A stretch of 64,000 bases of DNA from NCBI GenBank assembly GCA_001179505.1, contig CDMY01000282.1, positions 72,556-136,555 on the forward strand, in the 5' to 3' direction. Origin of the DNA: Vitrella brassicaformis CCMP3155. Lineage: Eukaryota; Protista; Chromerida. Below, one piece after another: positions 27,101 through 38,417 of the stretch. Within the stretch, counting starts at the first letter, position 1; every line of letters starts with the position of its first letter. Below the pieces are notes generated by a model. That model was not told the DNA's origin. It was given only the letters and a program-made list of their open reading frames with translations, and searched no databases. A program made the position numbers and the translations under genes.

Positions 27101-27530
27101 CCGGCTTCTCTTTGACCCCTGTCGCCGACTGCAACATCTGATCCTCAGCAGGACCAGCTGACCAATCAGCTGTTACCGCAACAGCAGCATCGTCGTCGGC
27201 ATCGCCAGTCCCTCCCGTTTCCTCCGCTTGGTGCGCGGTGCCGCTTGCATCGGCCTCCCGCTGCTGCCGGCTCTCACCCTCCTCGTCACTCTCTCTGTCC
27301 TCACTGGGCTGCCTCGCTCCGCTGCTGTCTGGTGGCAAGATGATCGGTCTTTCAGGTAGCCGCACGGCAGACAGGACCAGGCGCCTCCTCATCCCGCTGC
27401 TGAGTTCCCTCGGCTTTGCCGCATGACGGTAATGAGAGAACGACGGACTCGCTGACAGAGTCGAGTGATAAAGCAAGGGCGGCTGCTGAAAACTGCACCA
27501 CGGGAGAGCCGACGTGCACAGCGTCGCCAT
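24170..27530 (-). CDS. ABCB-family half transporter (TAP/ABCB10/MDL-like: TMD plus NBD)
   Basis: TMD exon LRLELFGNLIRQEQGY. Walker A GPSGVGKST, Q-loop VGYVEQE, signature LSGGQKQRLALARAL, Walker B LLVLDEPTASLD, H-loop ITHRL. Confidence 0.92.
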
Positions 27531-27788
27531 ATCTCCGCCGACAATGTGCAGCTCAGGCCTCAGATGTGCGGTGCGCTCTCTGATGATCTCGAAGGTGCAT
27601 CAAAAGATGCAAAGATGGTAAGATCTCTCTTTTCTCCACTTTCTGTCCCTCCACGCTTCCCACCAGCGTGCATTCGGCCGCTGTTTTTCCAGTCCTGCAG
27701 TTCAGCTTTGCGAGCTTGGATTACCAGCCTAGGGCTTTGTGAAACCGCTCTTTCTTCAGCTCGCGCTGACACGCTTGACATCCTGGTG

Positions 27789-28236
27789 CAGATGGAAGGT
27801 CTGAACCCTCTCTGTGTGGCTGTTGTGTTGCTTGCAGGTCTCTCCCTTCGCCAGGACGGCCAGATGCCCCAGATCTTTGATGGCCCTGCGCTTGCTGTCC
27901 CGTGGCTGGCCTCCCTGTGGCCGCAGGACGACCACAGAGGCAAGATGGCCACAGACAAGGTATCAGGCTTTGTGTTTCACTCTCTTTCGAGAGGGGTACC
28001 TTTGGAGGGGGCCCTGTGCCATTCGGAGGGCGTCACTTCCTTCCGCGTCCGGTGCCTGGCTGCTTTCAGCGCACCGCTTTCCGTCGGTGGACGCTTTTCC
28101 TTTTGGTCTTGATTGTCATTTGGCCCTGTACCTTTGTAGAGGATCTCACTTCCTTCCCTCAGCTCCAGTCTGTTCCCTTGCTGCTTTCGGTCCTTTCAGC
28201 GCATCGCGATGAACAGTCAGTCACACAGATCACTCC
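27789..28236 (+). repeat. Dispersed repeat family, copy 1 (longest)
   Basis: Begins cagatggaaggtctgaaccctctctgtgtggctgttgtg and ends gcgatgaacagtcagtcacacagatcactcc. Near-identical blocks recur at 38159 (+) and 42470-42857 (-). Confidence 0.9.
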
Positions 28237-29873
28237 CGTCCGGCCCGCTGGCGGGCAGCGATCGATGGCTCGTGACGCACGAGTACACGAGGCTGCGGCT
28301 CTGCAGCGAAGTCCACCGATGGGAACCGCTGAAACGGTCAGTGAGTGAAGGCAGGGAGGGTGCGTCTGTGGGCTTTTATATGTCTGAACGTAATGACAGT
28401 TTCCCCCCCTATGTCTGAACGTGTGTTGTCCGTACGACGGTGTGTCTGTCAATGATCAGGCTGGTTGACGAGGCGCGTCGGTACGTCAACGAATGGAAGT
28501 CGCTTGAGAGCCAGATGGACTCGTTCTGGCACCGCAAGTCGAGCAAGATAGTGCTGGCCGTCGTCATGGTGGTCGAGAAGGGCCGCCTGAGGTTCTACAG
28601 GGGCATGAACTCTGAGATATCTCTGCCCTCAGGTGAGACTGCCTGCCTACTCACACACACGACTGCCAGCCCGCCATTTTGTATGATGTTGGATCTGTGT
28701 GGTGTGTGGTGTGTGGTGCGTGTGGTGTCCGAGCAGGCTCGAATTGCGCGGAGCGTTCGGCCATCTCGACGTGTATATCGAATATGCTCACTGTGCGCCG
28801 CAGCGACTTCCGCGCCATCGCCGTGGTCGATCCGAAGGACGAGCTCAACCCAGTCTTTCCGTGTGGCGTGTGCGACGAATGGCTCAAGAAACTACAAGTA
28901 CACACACAGACACACACACAGTGCCGGCCTAAATTGTCATGTGCATTGTGTTCAGGAGGAGTCCCCGATGTTCTCCATCGTGACGTTCACCACCTCCGAG
29001 TGCGATGCGATACTCGAGAGATGTCCCCCCCTCGGCTTCCAATACAACACCCCGCTCGTCGCCAGCTGCCAGCAGTGCCGCACGCGCCGATTCCGATCCA
29101 GGTTACACAGGCACACACGCCTGGGCATGTTGACACACGGCCGGCTAGCTGATTTGCGCGCGCGCGCGTGTGTGTGTGTGTGTGTGTATAGGCCGAGGAA
29201 TCGTGTGTATAGGCGCATCAAGGTGATGGGACTGATCAAGAACAACTGCCCCGAGGAGGCGCGGGACACCAATGGCGTTGACTCGGGGGTGCTGCCCGAT
29301 CTCGATGTGCCCAAGACCTTCGCAGGTGCCGCGGTGTCTTTCAAGGGCCACAGTGTGGTGAATCTTGGCCATACGGGCACCGTCAAGGGCATGACGGCCG
29401 CCTGCTCGACCAAGCTGACGCTGGCTGACGACGGCATGGGAGTGGGCAACGGGACATTCACGCTGTGCTTCGAGCAAAGCCTGGCGAGTGGCGGTGAGGC
29501 CACCGGCAGCAAGAAGCTGCTGAGCGGTGTGTATCGTGTGGAGGAATGCGATGCGGGCATCCATGACACGCTGCGGATCGCTCTGCAGTGCACAGAGGTA
29601 CGTACGGAGCACCTGCACGCAACACCTGCACCCCAGAACAGACAGATCGATGTGCACTCCACGTGTGTATGTATGTGTCTGTTGTCCGCCCCGCAGATGA
29701 GTGGCAAGTTGGTTACGGCGCACACGACTGCGTTTGAGCGTGCACATGCCTTCAGATCCGAGGCAAGTTTTTCCCTGCACGTCGACACGCACAACAGCCA
29801 AGCGTCCCTGTCCATCGCCAACCACAAGGACCAGCTCATGTTCACGCCGTACCCAAAGGTGAATCAGCCGTGA
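28209..29873 (+). CDS. Cytidine deaminase-like Zn protein (CAE..PCxxC) with an additional uncharacterised C-terminal domain
   Basis: Spliced FYRGMNSEISLPSG|SNCAERSAI and NPVFPCGVCDEWL match the tetrameric cytidine deaminase zinc motifs. The first exon MNSQSHRSL..PLKR (28209) joins the next exon in phase. Further 3' exons at 29950-30539 are possible. Confidence 0.75.
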
Positions 29874-30777
29874 CACACCATCAATATCTCATCACAGCGA
29901 GCGAGCGTCTTACTGTGTTTGGCGTTCTCCCTTGTGTGTGCGTGTGCAGGAGTTGACGATGCACTCCAAGCCGAGCAGTTGCCCATCCGTGCTGTAGGCA
30001 GCAAGGGGAGAGCCCCAACGGATACCCAACGACCTCAAGTCAGCAAGCAGCCCCCCTTACACACACACGCACACACACACCCCTTACACACACACACACA
30101 CATACCGCCTGCCTGCCTGCCTGCCTGCGTGCAGGTCGCTCAAGTTCATCGAGAAGATCGTCTCCACGCCCAGCACACAGGCCACGGCGGCCTCGTCCCC
30201 ATCCACACGATACAGCACAAAAACAACCCCGCCAACGCGCGCCGCTTCCACGCCTCCCCCCTCCTCATGGCCCCCAGTAGGCGAGGGGTCGGCGGTGTTG
30301 TGCCCCCGCCCCCCGCTGGCCGCGTCGGGTATCGGCTGACGGCTTCCGGAATGGACTACTTGGAGCGGACGGACAAGCTGAGCACACCACCCCGCACACA
30401 GAGGGAGAAGGAGTGCGTCAACATACGTCAAGATGAACACATGACTCCTGCTGAGTGCCAAGATCACACCATGAGAAGGCAGTGCTGCAGTGGCAGTAAT
30501 TGTGACTGTGTTCACAGGTTACTGCTGCCGGATTTTTAAAGAGATTTGCGTGTGTTGTGCATGGGAGTGTGTTCATTTGTGTATCTGTTCGTCTGTGACA
30601 CAAGACATACGGAACGGCACATTAGACATGACCGTAAAGCATAGCACACTTAATCTCCTTGGCAGATGCCCCGCGCAAAGCACAATATATGTATCTGTAC
30701 CTCGATAAGCTATGTGTGGCTACATTGTGTTGGGTCGCGGCGGCAGTTCACGGCCGATGGTTTGGCGGCGCTGACTA

Positions 30778-33675
30778 TCACGACGTGAAGGTCAGCACCT
30801 CCAACTCATCAGCCATGAATTTCACACTACCACCCAGCCTGACATCCTGGATGAGCCCGCGAAACCCAGCTTCATTGTCAGACAGATAATCGAAACCCAG
30901 CTGACGTCTCCACATTGGCTGACGGCAGCTACGCATATCATCTATAGGGCCGCTGTCCCGGCCGCCATAGCCGAGACACAGACCCTCACGCCGATACTCA
31001 CGCATAAAATCACCGGCACCGACACCGATCCACAACTTTGCCATCCCATCCACTGCCGTCTCCCGACCAGCCAAAACTACATGCTGCCCGTCTTGCTTTA
31101 TGGCGATCTTGGTCGGTCCGTCGAAGTTGCCGGCTAGGGAAAACGGCACCACGTGGCATTCATATCGACTGACAACGTCCGGGTAGTTGGGCTCGCGTAG
31201 TCCGGCAGGGATGAAGCAGCCGAACACATATGTGTCTTTGCGGATGACCAGCACAATCGGCCGGACGCCCCCCACTCGGTCCAGCATGTCACCATACTGA
31301 CAGCCATCGCGTGATGCCCTACAACAAACACTCACACAGACATATGCAGACACACACAAACACACGCAGATGTAGACACATCATACATGATGACTCACGC
31401 AGATGTCTGTCTCTCTGTGTACCTGTATATGAGTGAGAACTGTCTCCCTTGAGCGAACCACTCAATCAGCTGATCGACGTCAGCATGACTGAGAGACGAA
31501 CACTCATCGGGGGCCGCAGCAACCGGGTGCGCGCTCGTGAGCTGCGGGACGGCAGCCGTGTCGACCCTCTGAGCGCAAACAGACACACAAACAGATACTG
31601 CACAATGAGATTCCATGTGATCAGCTCTTCTTCTACTGTCTGACCTGTGACGAGATGGTTGACACTCCACCAACATGAATGACCTCCAGCTCATCCGCCA
31701 TGAACTCCATACTACCTCCGAGGATAGCATAGCCATACGTCTTGTCCCTCACATCCAGGTAGCCGTCAGGTACATCATTACTGCGGAAGTGACGGCAGCT
31801 GCGCATATCATCAATAGGGCCACTGTCTTCATCGCGATAGCCCAACCACAGACGCCCATCGATCGTCAGCTTCGCCTGGGGACGGGGACGCCCATACCTC
31901 AGGCGACTCGGGAGGAAGCTGTCACAGTACAGTGCCCCCTCTCCCCCAGCTACTTCCACACGGTGACCGTCGTCTCGTGGGGTATCCATCTTGGTCGGTA
32001 TATGGAAGTGGCCGGCGAGGGAGAATTGCCACACATCACACTGGTACTCGTTGACAGCGGTGGGGTCGTCGGGAGCCTTGATGCTGCCATCCATGCAGGC
32101 GCCGAAGATGTATTGGCTCTTCCGGATGACGAACACCAAGCCCCTCGCATCGCCCACACATCGAAGGAGATCGCCAAAGCAGCGACCGTCACGCGAGGCC
32201 CTGCAAAGGAACGAAATGCGGGCAATGATGCACGCATGCCGCGTACTTGTAGAGCAGTTCCGGTCCGTATGGTCTGGTCGGTCCAAGAAATCGACGGATC
32301 GCCGCACATTGGAAGGGGTTCAAACTGCTGCCCTCAATCACCTGCAGACAAACAGCACACGACGGACAAGGAATAACACAGGCGTATTGACGTGTCGTAT
32401 CTGACCTCTGGCCTCAGTAGTGACAGTCCGTCGACACGAATGACCTCCAAATCATCAGCCACGAATGTCTTACTCCCCCCGACACACAGAGCACACACTG
32501 AACCTCAGTTACCCCCCGGTCGTGTATGTGTGTGCGTGTGTCCGTACTTGTCGAACGGCCTTCCTCCTGGTGTAGCATTTGTCACACAGGTCGAAGTCAC
32601 ATCTACGGCAACGGTACCTATCATACACGCACGTACAGGAAGACGGCCAGCTGGTATTTGTATTCCGCCAGTCATCCCGGCTGCACTCCTCCTTTCCTCA
32701 CCTGCCAACGTTGCTGTCGCTGCCGAAGATGCCCGCACTCAGACAGCTCCCGCCAACTGCACACACCACACACACCGCACCGCACAATGGTTGGCTGCTG
32801 GCCGTCTTCCCGTCAGTGTGTGTTGTGGCCGGTCAGCTCACATACATTGTGGCGCGTTGCATCTCCATCCGCATCTCCATCTGCCCCTTCTGTGTGAGCG
32901 CTGCAGTATGTGCCCAAGCAGACATGTCGGCTTGAAACTCTGTGTCGGGATCGGCAGCCGGCTATTGCCCGCCTCCTGGGGACTCCCATTGCCAGCCTCA
33001 TCTCGCACCCCCGAAAAACCGTCTGGCACATAATCACTGAGGATGCATGTGCGTACATCATCTGCAGGGCCAACGTCTTGATCGCCATGGCCCAACCACA
33101 GACCCCCACCGATCCCCATCCTCGCTCCCCCATGCACTGCGCCCTCCCGCCCAGCCACATACACACGCTGGCAGTCCCGAGGGATGTCGATCTTGATGGG
33201 CGTGCCGGAGTCGCCGGCAAGGGAGTAATGCCACACATCACACTTGTACTCCTTGCGGGAATTTGAGATGTCGGGCAGCTTCAGCCTTGCTCCCATGTAG
33301 GCGCCGAACAGACACTCGTCTTTCCGAATGACCAACACGAGAGAGCTCGCGTCGCCCACACAGCGCACCAAATCATCATAGCTGCCGCCATCGCAACATG
33401 CCCTGACGTATAAAACACACGAGAGCGACCGGTTGATGACTCCTCGCGTGCCCTCTGTGCTGTGTGTTGCATGTGTGCGTGTGCACCTGTACAGCAGTGT
33501 GAATGTGCAATCGTCGAACACGGATGGCACGAACAGCGAGTGGAGGGCCGCACACTCTGACGCATTCAGACTGCTGCCAACAAGTAGCTGAAAAGGACAC
33601 ATGATACCAATAGACGCCCATCACTGTGTGCTGGTGGGCATCACGTACATGTGCTGGCTTCTGGACGCCTGTCAT
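30778..33675 (-). CDS. Locus with three tandem TLDc domains (one or two genes), the first interrupted by a ZZ-type zinc finger
   Basis: Three copies of LLY(R/K)|AxxDG..GD(L/M)LxxVG..LV(L/F)VIRK..(L/I/V)FG..FSLAG..LWLG..D(D)MRSC..GGS..F(M/V)AD(E/D)LEV at about 33600-32410, 32330-31650 and 31460-30778. Confidence 0.85.
32548..32940 (-). other. ZZ-type zinc finger module (three small exons) embedded in TLDc domain 1
   Basis: Phase-consistent splicing (phases 1 and 2) yields CLLGHILQ..GWRCNAPQ|FGGSCLSAGIFGSDSNVG|RYRCRRCDFDLCDKCY. Confidence 0.75.
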
Positions 33676-34281
33676 GCTGCTATCGTCGTTCTACAAAGAC
33701 AAGAAACGACAGCAGAGCATTGCTCTGCCACTACAAGAACCAGATGGTATTTCTGCTTACGAGAAGAAAAGGAAGCAACAGAATCAGGCCGGGAAGACCA
33801 GCACCCATGCTTATCAGCAACACGCAGGCGATCCCGAGAATCAGGCCTGCTATATGAGACCCTTCAGGACTCTTCAGTGAACGCGTGTCGATTCGAACAC
33901 AGCCGAACACCATCACAAGGAACGAAAACACAAGAAGATGTGCTGACGATGTCTTCATCATGACCGCTTCTTCTGGATTCTTTTCGTCCTGACCTGCATT
34001 TTTGGGCTTCTCTCGTCTTCAGTTCTCAGGACAGAAAACGTGTCGCCATCCTGATGACGCACGAGACAGAAGGGGCGTCTTGCGAAAATTGGCAGCGAGC
34101 TGTTAAGTCTTTATCGCACCTCTTGTATGTCACTCAGGCGGTCATCGACAGTGACGCCGATCGCCGACTTGACCGACAAACGAGACCCAGGAGTGTAACG
34201 AGACAACACCTACACAAAGACACCATCGATACAATCAAGACAGAAAGGCTGCAATGCAATCTAGTGTTCCCCATAGACTGC

Positions 34282-37200
34282 TCACCACAGATGGCGGCGC
34301 TTCCTTGAACTCGGGGGATTTGTCTCTCTTTCGGATCTTAGGTTGTCTGTCGCCGCGTGCCGTCCTCCTGTCATCTGAATGGACCACCTGAGAGAACACA
34401 GAATGCACGTGTGATGCTGATCTTTGCTAGGCTTGGTTGCACTCATGATGTCTTCCCTTACGCTCATGGTGTTACGGCCAGGCGACTGTTCTGACCCCCT
34501 GCCCACACCAGCGCGTATATCGTCGTCTGCGGCACTAGGAGTGGCCTGCAGCCGATGGTCAATATACACACGCGTGTCTTGTTTACTGTCATGTTGTCAT
34601 CTTGTCCGATCCGTGTACCTGTCCGCTCAGGTTATCAACCAGCATAGGCCGTTTTCTTTCTGCCGGCCCTTCTGATTCGCTGCGGTCCTGGCCGATGAAT
34701 TCATATGCGGCAAGTGCAGCTTCATCGTCGGTCGGCTGCTGTGCGGCGGAGGAAGATGCGTTGGGCTGTATGGCCGGCTGCAAGGTAAGGGCCATCGGTT
34801 GGAGTTGGGGGTGGGGCGGATGCATCGGCCTGGGCGGCGCCGCTGAGCCAGCCATAAATGATGAGGAGCCGTCCATTGGGAAGGGCATTGGCGGCGAAGG
34901 GTAAGAAACAGCCATCAATGGCTGCCAATTGGACACATACGCAAGCCGTATGCGTGAGGGAATGTGAGGCCATCTGACTACTACAATGTACCTCGCCTGT
35001 GAATTCAGGCGTGTTGCGGCCCCAATGCCGCTCCCCAATATGACCTGCACACACACACTCAATGGAGGCCCTTCTGTATGGTCACATCAAGAAGTGCTCA
35101 TCTGTCTGGGCCACGTGGAGGCGGAGCTGCTCGCTGATGCGTGCAGCGAGGAGACGCACCTGTGAGAGGCAAACAACCGTGAGTATGCACCCGTCGGCCA
35201 GACCGTCCGAACACACACTTACGGCATCGCTTCGCAAATTATCGGCATTTAAAGCATCCAGCCGCCAGACAAGCAGGCCAATCTCCTGGTGATCCACCAC
35301 ACCGGTCACGTACTCAAACCGTGTGTGTGTGTGTGTGTGTGATTGCAATCGGCCCACCTGGGGGGACTGCATCTGCAGTTGGGCGATGAGGTCTTGCCCG
35401 CGTGCTCGGCCGTCGATGACTTCACGTATCGCATTCAAAAGCTCATCAAACGTCTGCATTACACATGGACCCACAAGCATCTGTGGTGGCCGGCGCCCTG
35501 TGGGTGGCATCCTTTCAGTGATCTACCTCTGGCGGATGCATGGCACCATTGAAGTATTCCGGCTCCTCCCAATCCATCGACTGCACACCGCATGTGCATA
35601 CATGGACACTCGCAACACGACTGAGCACGCTGATTATTGTCTTATCCTTCACCTACCGCCATTCCGTCGGTGTTGTCAGCGGCGGGTGGGGCGGCGGCAG
35701 CAGCAGGCCCCTCACATGGCCAAGGAGAATTCTGAAGAGACAGCGCCATTAATCGATGCAGGATGACCTGTCTTAACGCCTTTGACTGTCCTGCTGTGTA
35801 CCCACCTGCTGGCATCGCTCCTTGAATGCTTTCATGTATCTCTTCTTGAAGGCTGTGACCCAGTTGTCGCTCGCCGAGAAGCGATCATCGATGCCCAAGC
35901 GGAAGGCGATCTTCATCGCCTTACGCTTGATGGCCCTGGGAGGGACAGCTGCTGGATCCCCCTGGCTGGCCATCCACTCTCTCATCGGGTCCTCAATTTG
36001 GGGATACTTGAGTGGTGTGATGCGCTTGTTGCTAAGGTCCGTTACCTCTATGCTCTTCGCTCTCTGCGTCTTGATCGAATAGTACCACTTGTTGAACAGC
36101 TTGGGGTCCAGGCCGTTCTCTCTCGCAAACTGAGGTTTCGAGATGTTCTCCCCACTCTCCTTGCGTCGGATGAATTCGTCCACCAGCCCTAGCCGCATGC
36201 CAATTGCCACTTTCAGTGCCCTATAAGACGCTCTATCAGATACCTCCTACTTACACGTAAACACACACAGAAGGTGGAGACAATGTGTTGCTTCCACAGT
36301 GTGTTTGGATCTGTTGCCTCCTACATGTGAGAACTGTGCCGTCGCGGGTCTTCTTGTGGACAGCGATGGCGGGACGGATGCTGTCCGGTGGTGTGATGAT
36401 CCGTGCGCCGACCGCATGAGGGGCATGTTAGGAGGGAGCGCAGAGGCGTCCCAAGGGTGCTGTGCGGCAAACACACGGGTGGACATGGATCAGGGTACAT
36501 TCACGCAGGACAGACAACATGAACGTTGCTGCTCACCTCTGCTTGTCCCGTCTGCCCGAATGCTGGAGAGGGCGGCATTGTAGCGGGGCTGAATGTCCCA
36601 GCTGAATCAATCATCTGTAGGTGGAGCGACGGCTGTGACCGTGGTTCAGCGTCCGGCTGACAGGGAGGCGCGTTGGAAGGCCGACCGAGGGGCTGCGATG
36701 TCGAAGGGTCAGCACCGAGGACTGAGGGCACTGAGAATTGAAAGTGACTGTCAAAAGGCGGCTGAATGGAACAGCAGACAGAAACATCTCATCGGATACA
36801 GATCATCGAGGGCACTAGAGCCTGCATACTTGCGAGAAACTGTATTCACGAGGTGTCTCCCCGCCTGCTTGCAAGTCTTCGGGCATCGGAGCGTCCCTCC
36901 TGACCGTTCGAACACTTTGCTGCACACCACCACTCCCTTCGTGTCCCGCAGTGAATGATCCTTCTGGAAACGAGAAGGCAAGAGGGGTGCACAGAGGTGG
37001 CACTTCCTGTCGTCACATTGAGTGTACCTGTCGGCTGCGATGGTCCTGCGTTCGGATCTGAGGGCAACCCGGAGAGGACCGTGCGGTCCTGTGGTATGTC
37101 CGATGGAGGGTCGCTGGGGCTGCATACTGACAATCAAAGCGTACAGAAATGAACAATGCGTTTCCCATGGGGTGTTTCATGGGCAGAGCACGTGTGATCA

Positions 37201-37630
37201 TCACCCGAAGTCGAAGGAATGATGCCATCTCGGTACTGCCTCGCTAACATGATCGCCTGCGCCACTTGTCCCTGGCCATCGCCTCGGACAGGGAACTGCT
37301 TGACGATCCCTTCCCCCACGACACCAATGGACACGGTCCCACTGCTGTCGCCGTAGCACACCAGGAGGCCCTGATTGAGCGGGTCGGAGGCCACCAACTT
37401 TTTGACGTGTTCTGCCAGCGCCAGAGGCTGGGTCGAATCAGAAGCATCTGAACAGCGGAGCAACCGGCATTTGGAATGCGTGTATCTCGGCGCATGTGGC
37501 CCACTCACTTGCAGGCCCGATGGGCCCTCCCTGTTGCTGCTCGCGTGACTCATCACCGTGACCAACCTGACAGACAACACATCATGACGGCAAGTTCAGT
37601 GGCTCATCACGGCTCTGGAGGAGATCCATT
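34282..37630 (-). CDS. Multi-exon gene containing a CENP-B/Tc5 (pogo-type) helix-turn-helix DNA-binding domain in exon 35773-36210, with no DDE domain
   Basis: KYPQIEDPMREWM..AIKRKAMKIAFRLGIDDRFSASDNWVTAFKKRY is a typical CENP-B HTH. It is flanked by an acceptor near 36220 and a GTGGGT donor near 35805. Downstream exons are Pro/Ala-rich. Outer gene limits are approximate. Confidence 0.7.
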
Positions 37631-38158
37631 GCTGCACAGTACCTGTGTTTGTCCGACATGGCGTTGCTGCTCCTCTCGTGTGGGTCCCCTCATCGAACGG
37701 CCCTGACTCACAAAACACACGGGAGAGTCAGGCAGGAGGCCATGGGGCGCGACGCATCACACTACCTGTGAGTCAACACGGCAGCAAGCACCTGTCGGGA
37801 ACCCTCCGAAAAATGCGCCAGGACGTGCGGAAGGCCTAGGGCATCCTGAAACCGCCCCTTCTCCAGCTCGCAGAGAAAGACGGGAGAGGACGGACAGAAA
37901 TGAGTTGCCCTCCTCCGTCGGGGGGTCGGGACTCGCTCCGCGTTCCGGCGGCCGCGTCGCGAAATGCATGCAAAGCCCCCAAGCTCGCATGCAAGCCCCC
38001 ATCAAGGAAGACGGTACCGAATGAAAAAGTCTCGATGGCCCCAATTACGAACGAACAAACGAACGAACACGAACTTCGGGTAAGAGCGTGCCTCGCTCGC
38101 TAAAAGCTCGCGAGTCCCGAAAGACGCCCAGGGCTCTGCCGCCAGAGCTTGAAACGCT

Positions 38159-38378
38159 GGCGCCCAGATGGAAGGTCTGAACCCTCTCTGTGTGGCTGTT
38201 GTGCGGTCTGCAGGTCTCTTCTTTCGCCTTTTCGAATGGCACACGGTCCTCTCTTTTGAGAGGGGTACCTTTCCAGGGGGCCGTGCCATTCCAAGGGCCT
38301 CGTCAGCTCCGCGTGTGGTGCCTGGCTGCTTTCAGCGCATCGCTTCCGTCGGTAGACTTGGTCTTGATTGTCATTTGG
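38159..38378 (+). repeat. Dispersed repeat family, copy 2 (internally deleted)
   Basis: ggcgcccagatggaaggtctgaaccctctctgtgtggctgttgtg..gagaggggtaccttt..gtgcctggctgctttcagcgca..ggtcttgattgtcatttgg matches copy 1. Confidence 0.9.
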
Positions 38379-38417
38379 TAGGCCTATGTGATAGAAAACT
38401 ATCGCTCCTTGGGTTTC

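Noticed and set aside
27465-28112. 215-aa ORF and similar MEGLNPLCVAVV ORFs at 38168 and 42848
   Set aside because: They are translations of the dispersed repeat. The copies differ by frame-breaking indels, so the repeat body is not a conserved protein.
34282-37630. Active Tc1/mariner-pogo transposon
   Set aside because: Only the HTH is present. No DDE domain, terminal inverted repeats or TA target duplication could be found.
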